Part shown: positions 19,104 to 28,948 of the stretch, one piece after another
Layout: the number at the start of each line of letters is the position of its first letter
How positions within the stretch are numbered: the stretch's first letter is position 1
Source: an uncultured delta proteobacterium
Lineage (GTDB): Bacteria; Desulfobacterota; Binatia; UBA9968
Reading direction: 5' to 3'
Assembly: GCA_963727625.1 (NCBI GenBank)
Contig: CAVSHR010000005.1
Location: 32,001 to 96,000, forward strand
Length of the DNA stretch: 64,000 bases
Notes under the pieces: generated by a model
What the model was told of the DNA's origin: nothing
The model's database searches: none
Seen by the model: the letters and a program-made list of their open reading frames with translations, nothing else
Position numbers and translations under genes: made by a program

Positions 19104-21140
19104 GTGGCATTGCTCGAAGTCGACAATCTGCGGACGTATATCTATACCCGGCGGGGCATCAATCGGGCGGTAGATGGCGTCAGCTTCCAGTTGGACCGCG
19201 GCCGGAGCCTCGGGCTGGTGGGAGAATCGGGAAGCGGCAAGTCCATGACAGCCCTGTCTATGCTGCGGCTTGTTCCCAAGCCGGCAGCCCGAATCATCGG
19301 CGGGGAGATTCGCTTCGAGGGAGAAAACCTGTTCAAGAAGTCCGAGAAGGAGATTCGGCGCATCCGCGGCGGCGGCATCGCCATCATTCTTCAGGACCCG
19401 CTCACCAGCCTCAACCCCGTTTTCAACGTGCAGTACCAAGTCGGGGAGTCCGTCAGTCTGCACCAGCACCTGTCGGGAAGGGCACAGCTCGACCGAGTGA
19501 TCGACAGCCTGCGGCGCGTGCGCGTCCCGGCGCCCGAGGTCCGGATGAAGGACTACCCCCATCAATTCAGCGGCGGTATGCGCCAACGCGTGGTTGGGGC
19601 CATCGCCATCGCCTGCGAGCCGAAGCTGCTGGTCGCCGACGAGGCCACCACCGCTCTGGATGCGACCATTCAGGCCCAGTACCTGACGCTACTCCGCGGC
19701 CTCCAAAAGGACCTAAACCTGGCCCTGCTTTTTATTACCCACGACTTCGGCATCGTCGCCAAGATGTGCGACGACGTTGCGGTGATGTACGCGGGGCGGA
19801 TCGTCGAGCACGCCGACGTTCGGGAAACTTTCAACCACCCGGCCCACCCTTACACCCTCTCCCTGCTTGAAGCGGTACCCAAAGTCAACCGGCGCGTCGA
19901 CCGTCTATACGCTATTCCCGGCTCTCCCGCCACGGGCTGGACACAGAGCCCCGGGTGCCCCTTCGCGTCCCGGTGCGCCTTCACCATCGACCGGTGCACT
20001 CAGGAAAAACCGCCGCTGGTTACAGTCGCCGCCGGCCACACTTCGGAATGCTGGAAGGCAGAGGAGATATTTGCCAAAAGCTTGGGCTTGACAGCCGACA
20101 GACAACCGGGCGCAGTCGTGCCGAATGCGCCGTCCAAGCCGATCATGAGGGCTCCCTTAGCCGAACCGACCAACGGAAAAAATGTCCTCCAGGTGGAAAA
20201 CCTCCACGTGTATTTTCCGATGACGCGGGGTTTCCTATTCAAGCGGGAGAGAGGGCTGATCAAGGCCGTGGACGGGATTTCCTTCGACATCAAAGAGGGC
20301 GAGACCTTCAGCATCGTGGGCGAGTCGGGTTGCGGCAAGACCACCACCGCCCGCGCGGTCCTCAAGGTCGAGGTACCGACCGAAGGCCGCGTCCTGTGGC
20401 ACGGCAAGGACGTTCACGAGCTGAATGAGGAAGAGATGCGCGCCCACCGTTCGGCGGTCCAAGCTGTGTTCCAGGACCCGTACAGTTCCATGAACCCGCG
20501 CATGAGGATAGGAGACTTCATCACCGAGCCGCTGTTGATCAACACCAAGATGTCCAAGAGCGAACGTCGGGAGCGCGCCAAGGAGGTGCTCCAGCAGGTG
20601 GGGCTCAGGGCCGAGGAGATCAACAACTTCCCGCACGAGTTTAGCGGCGGCCAGCGCCAGCGCATTGCCATCGCGCGGGCTTTGTCGTCTTTCCCACGAG
20701 TCGTCGTGCTAGATGAGCCGGTTTCTTCCCTGGACGTCTCCATCCGCGCCCAGATTATGAATCTCCTCAAAGATCTCCAGGAACGGGAAGGGTTCAGCTA
20801 CCTCTTCATCGCGCATCATCTGGGCACAGTCCGCTACATGAGCCACATGGTGGCGGTCATGTATCTTGGGCGCCTCGTGGAGATGGCGGAATGCGAGGAA
20901 CTCTTCAAAAGTCCGCTCCACCCCTACACCAAGGCGCTCTTCTCCGCCGCCCTACCCGATCACCCTGATATCGAGCGCGAAGAGCTGCTACTGCACGGGG
21001 ACGTGGCCGCCGCGACGGCCGTTCCGCCCGGCTGCAGGCTCCACCCGCGCTGCCCTATGGCGATGCAGATTTGCGCCGAAGTGGAGCCCGAGTGGAAAGA
21101 GGTAGCACCCCGACACTGGACGGCCTGTCACCTCTACTAA
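19104..21140 (+). CDS. Fused DppD/DppF-type peptide ABC transporter ATP-binding protein
   Basis: Two ABC domains (GESGSGKS, GESGCGKT; FSGGMRQR, FSGGQRQR), each with a C-terminal GC.F/L..RC oligopeptide-ATPase tail. Confidence 0.93.
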   Translation: MALLEVDNLRTYIYTRRGINRAVDGVSFQLDRGRSLGLVGESGSGKSMTALSMLRLVPKPAARIIGGEIRFEGENLFKKSEKEIRRIRGGGIAIILQDPLTSLNPVFNVQYQVGESVSLHQHLSGRAQLDRVIDSLRRVRVPAPEVRMKDYPHQFSGGMRQRVVGAIAIACEPKLLVADEATTALDATIQAQYLTLLRGLQKDLNLALLFITHDFGIVAKMCDDVAVMYAGRIVEHADVRETFNHPAHPYTLSLLEAVPKVNRRVDRLYAIPGSPATGWTQSPGCPFASRCAFTIDRCTQEKPPLVTVAAGHTSECWKAEEIFAKSLGLTADRQPGAVVPNAPSKPIMRAPLAEPTNGKNVLQVENLHVYFPMTRGFLFKRERGLIKAVDGISFDIKEGETFSIVGESGCGKTTTARAVLKVEVPTEGRVLWHGKDVHELNEEEMRAHRSAVQAVFQDPYSSMNPRMRIGDFITEPLLINTKMSKSERRERAKEVLQQVGLRAEEINNFPHEFSGGQRQRIAIARALSSFPRVVVLDEPVSSLDVSIRAQIMNLLKDLQEREGFSYLFIAHHLGTVRYMSHMVAVMYLGRLVEMAECEELFKSPLHPYTKALFSAALPDHPDIEREELLLHGDVAAATAVPPGCRLHPRCPMAMQICAEVEPEWKEVAPRHWTACHLY

Positions 21141-21464
21141 CCTGATATCGGTCGTCTCGTGCAAAAAGTTACTGCTGGGGTGATTAGTAATTCAACATTC
21201 GTTAGCCGATAGGGATAAAGCCTGAAGAGCACGGGCATAGGAGCGCGAATGTTGCGATCAGGCTCCGACCTATCAATGGTCCTCCTGTCTTGGGGGCGGG
21301 ACCAGGTGGCGACCTTCAAGGGACCGCTCTATTGTCCGCGCCCGAAAGGATTCCCCATCTTCGACCGTGATCCGACTCGTTAAAGATACTGAGGCTCGCG
21401 CGCCAGGGCTCTCTCGGCCAGAATTGCGTTCTCAGCGATAGCCGGCGCTGGCCGAAATTCCCGA

Positions 21465-23175
21465 CTATCGCTTGGTAACCAGTGCCGCCAGATTCAGAGG
21501 CGCTCGACCACGACTCTTCTCCAAACCCCAATCGGGCACATTTTTGTTGACGAACCACAACGAGCCGGCCGCGAAGAAACCGGGGCCATAGGCGCGGTCG
21601 TGAACGAGCTTGCCAAGCCTGGCTGTGGCTTCGGTGTATTCCTCAAGGCTGCCCGCGCGTGACGCCGCGGCCAAGGCGTCCACAACGTCTTGATCATGTT
21701 TCGGTCCCCAGTGCTCAGTCGGACCCCACACGGAGTAGGATCCGGCGAGCGAGGTGATACGCCCGCCGGGACCAAAAAACAGCAGCGAGTTGACATACCC
21801 TTCGCCACTTTTGCGGCGCCGCGAATATTCGGCCCGATCGATGGGATCGATGGTGACTTTGAAACCTACCTTTTCCAGCATCGGTTGCATCGCCTGAGCA
21901 AAATCTGCTTCTTCTGGGTAATTGCCCCAATAAACTAACTTGATGTTAGGTTCATGCCCCTTTGAATAACCGGCGGCGGTAAGGAGCTCCCGCGCCTTGT
22001 CCGGGTCATACGGGTACGGCGTGCCGCAGGCCTCGAGGTATTTTGGGTTCATCGTCGACACTTCTGTCGAGGGTGGCCAAGTGCATCCCCATGGCGTCAC
22101 CCCCGCGCCACGCCAGATGGTCTTGGCGATCAGCTTGTGGTCGATGGCGTAGGCCGCTGCTTTGCGCACGCGTTCGTCATGGAAGACGTTATTCTTATGC
22201 CAGGTCTGAAACATGTACAGGCCGATCATGTGGGCTGCGTGCTTGGTGGCAGACCTGGCCCCGGCGGCCATGGCCCGGTCCATGAGGTCACGGCTACCCT
22301 CGACGATGTCCATCTGCCCCGTGCGCAACTGAGCGAAGCGCGTACCAAATTCGGCTACGTTCCTAATCTCGATGCGGTTGTATACCGGACAGCCCAGCAA
22401 AGGGTCCTTACGAGCTGCCTCGAGTGTGATAAACCGCTGGGCCTGGCGATCAACGACCCGGTACGGACCCGCCGCCAGCGGATTCTTCCGGAAGCGGTCG
22501 AAGGCCTCCTGGGAGATAACGCCATCAGAGTGGTATTTCTTGGAAGTCACATATAATCGGAAAAACCAGCGGCGACATTTCGTACACAAAGGTCGGAGCC
22601 CCTTTACTGAAGTCGATGCGCACTTTACGTTTGTCGACGACCTTCGCGGTCACGCCGATGCCTCTCAGCGTCGCCTTGATCTGGTCTTCCGCAAAATTAC
22701 TGGCCGCGAGCTTGATTGAAAACACCACATCCTCGGCGGTGATGGGGTCGCCGTTGTTGAAGGTCAGCCCCTCGCGGAGAGTGACGTTAAGCCCCTTGGC
22801 GCCAGGCAGGAACTCCCACGCTTCGGCAACCCCGAAAGCCGCATCGACGTTCTCCTCCCGCGGGTCGGTCCCAAACAAAGGCATCTGGTGGAGTCGCGTG
22901 TATTGGGTGGATGCGAAGCGATTCTCGGCCGGATGCGGGGTAAACTCCTCGTTGAAGTGGCCCGCTACCCGTAGCACGGGCTTGCGCGCCGGGCATCCGG
23001 CTAGTGATGTGTCACTTGGCTTTTCCGGGCTTCGAGCCGCCGCAAGCAGTGTTGGGGTCTGCTGAGCGTATCCCGCGATCGCCAGGACAAATACCGCGAT
23101 CGATGCCAATGCCAGAAGAGGAATCAGAATGAGCCTGCCCTTGCCGATTAATCGATTTTTCCGTTGCGTAGACAT
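21465..23175 (-). pseudogene. Peptide/nickel ABC substrate-binding protein split by a +1 frameshift near 22555
   Basis: The N part (LREGLTFNNGDPITAEDVVFS) and the C part (GPY, F.DERVRKA.AYAID, YPYDPDKARELL) join as ..PLVFP|YVTSKKY if one base is removed; could be a sequencing error. Confidence 0.8.
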
Positions 23176-23309
23176 CGAAACACCTCCTATAATCATGCTC
23201 TGTAGTTTCCGTTTTTTTCTCTCTTTGATATGTTTGTTTACATCCTCGGGTTAGGCCATGGGTTCGCAAATTCCCGTCCGGTTCCGCGCCAATCTTTCTT
23301 CCATGTTCA

Positions 23310-24227
23310 CTAAAGCTGGCGCAACCGAGGGTCGGTGTGGTCACGGAGCCAGTCTCCGAGGAGATTAAAAGACAGGACTACCACGGCGATCGCCAGCCCG
23401 GGAAAGACAGATAACCACCACGCACTCTCCAGGTAATCCCTGCCACTGGCGACCATCTGGCCCCAGGTAGGTGTCGGCGGCGGAATCCCCGCCCCCAAAA
23501 AGCTCAGGGTGGCTTCCAGGATAATGACGAACCCGAGTTGCAATGTGAGCAACACCACCACACTGTTCAAGACGTTGGGCAGGATATGGGCGATCATGAT
23601 CCGCCAGTTCGACGCCCCGGCGATCCGCGCCAGCTTGACGAAGTCGCGCTCTTTGACGCTGAGGACCTCGCTGCGGATGAGCCTGGCGAACCGAGCCCAA
23701 AGAACAATACATGCGGCGATGACCACGGTGTACCCGCCGGGACCGATGACCGCAGCCAGCAGCAACGCGGCCAGTATAAGCGGGAAGGCCATCGTGGCGT
23801 CGGCCAAGCGCATGACGATTGCATCGACTCGCCCGCCGATGAACCCTGCGATCATCCCGATGAAGGAGCCCAGGACGGAGCCAAAGACCAGGGCCGCCAG
23901 CGCCACGTTGAAGGCGGGACGAGCCCCGACGATGATCCGGCTAAGCACGTCCCGCCCGAGCCGGTCCGTACCCAGAAAGTAGTGCGCGTCTCCGCCCTCC
24001 ATCCACGCGGGGGGAAGCAGCCGCGCTCGCAGGCTGGTCCCGTAGGGATCATTGGGCGCAAGCCACTCCCCGAACAGGGCCATGATCATGAACAGACTAA
24101 TGACGAGGAGTTGGGGAATCGGCAGGCGCCGCAGGCTGTTCCACCGCAGCCAGCTCCGCAGCTTGCTCTGCTCCCCCACGCCTGCGGGCTGCTCGACCGC
24201 TCGGCGCTCAATGTCGACTACGGACAT
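23310..24227 (-). CDS. Peptide ABC transporter permease (DppC-like)
   Basis: LGTDRLGRDVLSRII.GAR, EAA-like loop FVKLARIAGAS, EATLSFLG.G, WG.M. Confidence 0.93.
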   Translation of the reverse strand: MSVVDIERRAVEQPAGVGEQSKLRSWLRWNSLRRLPIPQLLVISLFMIMALFGEWLAPNDPYGTSLRARLLPPAWMEGGDAHYFLGTDRLGRDVLSRIIVGARPAFNVALAALVFGSVLGSFIGMIAGFIGGRVDAIVMRLADATMAFPLILAALLLAAVIGPGGYTVVIAACIVLWARFARLIRSEVLSVKERDFVKLARIAGASNWRIMIAHILPNVLNSVVVLLTLQLGFVIILEATLSFLGAGIPPPTPTWGQMVASGRDYLESAWWLSVFPGLAIAVVVLSFNLLGDWLRDHTDPRLRQL

Positions 24228-24233
24228 CCCTAA

Positions 24234-25199
24234 TTATCCCCTCGCTGCCACTCGCTGCATGGAACCGGTAGAAAACCTGATGCGCGGGTCCACCACTCCG
24301 TAAAGCAGATCAACAATGACATTTGCTGTCAGGACCGTTACGGCAACGATCCCGACCACCGCCTGTATGAGGGGAAAGTCCCGCGCGATGATGGCGCTCA
24401 AGAACAGGTTTCCTATGCCTGGCCAGTCGAACACCACCTCTGTGACCACCGAGCCTGAGACCGCGGTGCCGACCCAGATGGCCATAAAGGTCATCACCGG
24501 GAGCAGCCCGTTGCGAAAAACGTGCAGCCACACGACCTTCCACTCGGGCACACCCTTGGCCCGCGCTAACTTGACGAACTCCGCATCCAACGATTCCAAC
24601 ATCGATGAACGCAGCAGTCGCGTCATTGCGGCAAACAACAGCAGGGAGGTGCTAATGGCCGGTAGGATGTAGTACCGCCAGGAGTCGAGGCCGCCGGTGC
24701 CCATGCCCCCCGCCGGCAACAGCCGAAAATGCACCGCGAATATTGCCATCAAAACCAAGCCAACCCAAAACCCCGGCGCAGCCTGCCCGAAGGCGGCCAG
24801 CACCTGTGCGATGCGATCGGGCCATCTCCCGCGTTTCGTGGCGGCAAGCACGCCCAGTGGAAAGGCCGTCAGCAGGATGAGAATAAGTGACGCGAGTTGG
24901 AGTTTCAGGCTGGCAATGAAACGGTGGCCGATGAGGTCCGTCACCGGCTCGCGGTAGACGATGGAGCGACCGAAATCAAAGGTCGCCATGTCCCGCAGGA
25001 AGATACCGAACTGCACCATGTAACTGCGATCCGTGCCAATCCGCTCACGAGCGGCTTGAATATCAGCCTGAGACGCATCTGCCGGCAGATTGAGAACGGC
25101 AGGATCCCCTGCAGCGCGCGTGGCCACAAAGATAACCATCATGAAGAGGATCAGCGTGATAAACGCTTGAGCGATACGACCGGCAATGTAACTGATCGT
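24234..25199 (-). CDS. Peptide ABC transporter permease (DppB-like); expected start codon reads ACG
   Basis: GDP, DFGRS, RSSMLE.L..EFV..ARAKG, VFDWPGIG, RDFP, DPRIR; the frame extends to ACG-ISYIAGR.. just after GGAGG. Confidence 0.85.
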   Translation of the reverse strand, partial: TISYIAGRIAQAFITLILFMMVIFVATRAAGDPAVLNLPADASQADIQAARERIGTDRSYMVQFGIFLRDMATFDFGRSIVYREPVTDLIGHRFIASLKLQLASLILILLTAFPLGVLAATKRGRWPDRIAQVLAAFGQAAPGFWVGLVLMAIFAVHFRLLPAGGMGTGGLDSWRYYILPAISTSLLLFAAMTRLLRSSMLESLDAEFVKLARAKGVPEWKVVWLHVFRNGLLPVMTFMAIWVGTAVSGSVVTEVVFDWPGIGNLFLSAIIARDFPLIQAVVGIVAVTVLTANVIVDLLYGVVDPRIRFSTGSMQRVAARG

Positions 25200-25582
25200 C
25201 CCGTACCTCCCCTCTGAGTTGGCGAATCGGGAACGGTCTCCGACGGCGCGAACGATACCCGTACCTAATCCATATTCAAGTGGTTACGCGTAAAATGCTG
25301 AATTGTCGAGGGCTAGCACGCACCGGTTATCATATCAATCATGTGCGCGATTTTGCCTTGAGCAAAATTATCCTCGCTCAGTACCTCAACTTGATTGATT
25401 AAAAAATACGCCTCCCGAAAGCCGATAAGGTGATAGAGGTTGGCAGCGAAGGCGTAGCTCACTGAACGGTTTCTACATAAGTCACGGAGCTGAATTTTAC
25501 TCGGCGCCATTCAAAAAAACTCTAGCGTGTGGCGAGTCATTCACCAGAACTTGGAGGCAATGACTAAACAATTCAATCTCAG

Positions 25583-26433
25583 CGCCAACACCAGCACAAG
25601 CTGCAAGGCCCGCGGCGGTCGAGCCAGAGTGAGATTTGTCAGCTTCATCCTGATAGGCCACCGTTCTCGAGCGCGGCCATCGCGAGCTGTGCCCTGCTCA
25701 GCAGCTGGCCACGACCCTGCCCTCGCTCGATGTATTCACGTAACGCTGCGCGAGCTCGCACCCCCCGGCCGGCCAGCGCCTGCGCGAGACCCTCCCACAG
25801 CAGTGGCTCAGAGGATTCCGGCCACAACCTCGCCGCCCTGCGGGCGGCGGCGATCGCTTCGTCCGGTCGGCCACGCCCGGTACGCCGATGGTTCTCGACG
25901 ACCGCGCGAGCCAATGCCAACCATGCATCTGGATCAGCCGCGTCTGCCTGAGTGGCAGCACGGGCGCGGCCCACCTGCTCGCCGAGGGCGTGCTCTGAGC
26001 GGCGGCGGCGGCGACAACGCAGGCAGCGCACCGGAACCGAATGGAAGTTGAACTGAAGGGCCTCGTACCAGTGCTTTTGCTCGGCGGCGCGAAACACGAA
26101 CGGCTGGCCGCACTGGATGCAGGCGCGCCCCTCATCGACATAGAAGTACTTCGGCACATGGTGGTAGCAGAAGACCTGCCTCGCCGGGTCACCGCGAACG
26201 GCATCCTTCGGCAAGGTCGGCTTGAAGGTCGCGTCGTATCGCCACAGCTCGCGCTCGACGCCGTGGAGATCAACGTACAGGCTGCGTACGAGGGGTATCT
26301 CACCGTAGATCGGGTGCCGGCGGACCTGCGCTTCAGCCCGGGTGGTCGTTGACTTCCGCTTCTGCCCGCCACGGGCGTGGTGTCTGGGATATCTCTTCAC
26401 TTCGTCACACGAGGATGTGATGGGTGGCCTAAC
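25583..26433 (-). mobile_element. Orphan integron-like gene cassette with degenerate attC
   Basis: On the minus strand, core GTTAGGCCACC lies upstream of the ORF. A near-complementary GGTGGCCTATC lies at the ORF end, followed by ATGAAGCTG..CAGCTTGT..GTTGGCG attC-like arms. Confidence 0.6.
25645..26400 (-). CDS. Zinc-ribbon (zf-trcl-like) domain protein with TPR-like C-terminus
   Basis: D...C..CG..F.F.A.EQ..WYE...F.....P.RC..CR; Ala-rich helical repeats DPDAWLALAR, WPES. Confidence 0.75.
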   Translation of the reverse strand: MKRYPRHHARGGQKRKSTTTRAEAQVRRHPIYGEIPLVRSLYVDLHGVERELWRYDATFKPTLPKDAVRGDPARQVFCYHHVPKYFYVDEGRACIQCGQPFVFRAAEQKHWYEALQFNFHSVPVRCLRCRRRRRSEHALGEQVGRARAATQADAADPDAWLALARAVVENHRRTGRGRPDEAIAAARRAARLWPESSEPLLWEGLAQALAGRGVRARAALREYIERGQGRGQLLSRAQLAMAALENGGLSG

Positions 26434-26806
26434 CTATGGCGTTTTATCCCTAGGCCTCGTGGCAATCAAGTTGCTTGATAGCCCCGGAGTATCGCCAAGG
26501 GGATAAAACGAGGTGGAAATTAACCGCCGAGCCACGGGACGCGCAGCGTTGACGGATTGAACTGTACGCCTCAGGCAAATCTCACGGGATTTGCTCGTAG
26601 GAGATTCAGTTCAATTCCGGGTTCGACGGTGAGTTTAACCCGCGCAAATGAAACGTAGCTAAATTTGCGCCCCAGTTGAAGCGGTTGGCAGGCAAGCTCT
26701 TTATCGCACATATAAATCACGCACCATGACTCTTTTGGTCCCTTCCGTTTTCACTGAAAGAAACACGCGTTCTTTTTTCACCAATGCTCGCGGGCGTCTG
26801 CGTCTG

Positions 26807-27439
26807 TCAATAAGCGTAAGCGACCGATCCTTCCTTGGATTTTATTTCAGCCAGTTCAAAGTATAATCTGAAGTCTCTGGACCAGACCCGCATATCTTTC
26901 TTCGAATAAGGGGCTTTGCCTTCGAAGTCCTTTGGCTGAACACCAATGAGAGTGACCGCAGTTATGGCGGGCTCTATGTAATTCCAGTTGACTGATACCG
27001 TTTCCTTTCCGATTCCTCCCTCTTTGACCTCCATATTGGCATAGCCGGTCGAGGTGAACCCTTGGAGGGCCGTGATCGGCGTTGTGAGTTGAACTCGAGT
27101 CAACACCTCCGTTGCGGATTGGAGTCCTCTATTCCGGGTCATCACCGCAATCCACAAGTGAGAATCAAAATCCTTCTTGAGTTTTTCCACTTCCCCCTTG
27201 CCCTCGGATCCTGCGAACTGCCGCGCAACGCTGGTTAAGACAGGCTCGAGATTGGCAGGAGTAAGGGCAAAGACCTGAGTATCGAAGGCGACCCGTGTGA
27301 TATTAGGCACCTGCAGTTCCAGAATCTGTAGGGCCTTACCCGAGTTGACGTAACCGCGATACGCAAAGAATATGATCAGGACCAGCGCTGCTACTAGTAC
27401 GGCGGTGGCTGTTCGACTTATGTCCTTGGGAAGTTCCAT
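26807..27439 (-). CDS. Hypothetical membrane-anchored protein
   Basis: AGGAGG RBS, one N-terminal TM helix, 210-aa ORF, visibly lower GC. Confidence 0.7.
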   Translation of the reverse strand: MELPKDISRTATAVLVAALVLIIFFAYRGYVNSGKALQILELQVPNITRVAFDTQVFALTPANLEPVLTSVARQFAGSEGKGEVEKLKKDFDSHLWIAVMTRNRGLQSATEVLTRVQLTTPITALQGFTSTGYANMEVKEGGIGKETVSVNWNYIEPAITAVTLIGVQPKDFEGKAPYSKKDMRVWSRDFRLYFELAEIKSKEGSVAYAY

Positions 27440-27741
27440 AGCAGTTCCTCCTTTTTACAACGATTCGAGATCCAGTTTTGACCGCCAGCCTTGAGTTTTT
27501 AGAGAGCCTTTCAGCAATCTCCTTCGTTTTGGATGTAATGTAGACCGACTCAAGAAGGGATTGCTGTCTAATATTGGACAAATTTAAAAAGAAATTGTCG
27601 CCTGGAAATGCATCTACTTACGGGACGCGGATCTTGTTGCACTATCTCTCCGCGGCGAATCCTTCCAGAATTGCGTTTACTTATTGACCGCTTCGCCTCG
27701 GGCTTGGTACAAGAAGCTACCAACTTGAACTGGAGCGAAAC

Positions 27742-28872
27742 ATGAGCCAAGGAAACGCGCCGGAGTTCGGCATCAGCAAAAATGTTAAGCGGATCGGAAG
27801 AACGGATTTAGCCGGCGGCGGGCAGATCGTGGTCGAGAATGGTTACGCCTTTGTCGGCCACATGGATCCGCCGCATGGCACGTCGATTCTCGATGTCAAG
27901 GATCCCAAGCATCCGAAGATCATCGCCGAGATCGAAATCCCCCAGGGCGTGCATTCACACAAAGTGCGCGTCAGCGGCGACATCATGCTGGTGAACTTGG
28001 AACGATACCGGAGTAAAGAAAAGCAACCGACCGGGCTCAGAGTCTATGATATTTCCAACCGCGAGAAACCGACGGAGATCGCCTTTTTTCAGACCAACGG
28101 GGGCGTCCATCGCTTTACCTTCGACGGCCGCTATGCCTATATCTCGGCGCATATCGAAGGCTACGTCGGCCGTATCCCGATGATCCTGGACTTGAAAGAC
28201 CCAGCGCACCCGACCGAAGTCGGCCGCTGGTGGATGCCCGGCCAGCACATCGGCGGCGGCGAGACGCCGTGCTGGGAAGGCACGGCGCACCAGTGCCACC
28301 ATCCGATCCGGCGCGACAACAGACTCTACGTCAGTTATTGGCATGGCGGTTTCGTGATCCTCGATATCGCCGACCTGACCCGGCCCAAGTTCATCAGCGG
28401 CTATAATTGGTCGCCGCCCTACCCATCGCCGATTCACACGACACTGCCGATTCCGTGGAAGCTCATGAACCGCGACGTGATGGTGGTCTCGGACGAAGAG
28501 GCCGGCAAACGTGCACCGACTCCTCCCGCTTTTATGTGGGTGGTAGACATCACCGACGAAACCCGCCCGGTGCCGATCTCGACCTTCGCACCGGCAGCAT
28601 CCGCCACCATCGCTCCGGGTTACCAATTTGGCGCGCACCAGCCCGCCGAGCAGGTGTATGACAACAAAATGTTCGTCACCTGGTTCAGCGGCGGCCTGCG
28701 CGTGGTCGACGTCAGTAATCCGTACCGTCCGGCGGAAGTCGGTTATTACGTGCCCGAGCCCGGGCGCGGGCAGAAGACCGTCAAGAGCAACGACATCTTT
28801 CGCGCCGACAGCGGCCTGCTCTATTTACTCGACCGACTCGACGGCCTTGAGATCCTCGAAAGCGCGGCGTAG
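27742..28872 (+). CDS. LVIVD repeat-containing beta-propeller protein
   Basis: Repeated G..I.D(V/I)..P..P units; YVSYWHGGFVILDI, WFSGGLRVVDVSNP. Confidence 0.85.
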   Translation: MSQGNAPEFGISKNVKRIGRTDLAGGGQIVVENGYAFVGHMDPPHGTSILDVKDPKHPKIIAEIEIPQGVHSHKVRVSGDIMLVNLERYRSKEKQPTGLRVYDISNREKPTEIAFFQTNGGVHRFTFDGRYAYISAHIEGYVGRIPMILDLKDPAHPTEVGRWWMPGQHIGGGETPCWEGTAHQCHHPIRRDNRLYVSYWHGGFVILDIADLTRPKFISGYNWSPPYPSPIHTTLPIPWKLMNRDVMVVSDEEAGKRAPTPPAFMWVVDITDETRPVPISTFAPAASATIAPGYQFGAHQPAEQVYDNKMFVTWFSGGLRVVDVSNPYRPAEVGYYVPEPGRGQKTVKSNDIFRADSGLLYLLDRLDGLEILESAA

Positions 28873-28948
28873 AAAAATCGTCCCGCTTATGCCCGACGAA
28901 ACTCGACGCCGGCGCGCCGCACACCGTTTTCAAGGAAGTTTGATTTGA

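Noticed and set aside
23250-23256. GTTAGGC core-like heptamer
   Set aside because: No matching inverse core or attC arms; it lies within the ABC operon spacer.
25313-25510. 65-aa ORF after the attC-like site as a second cassette gene
   Set aside because: No RBS, recognisable motif or closing attC.
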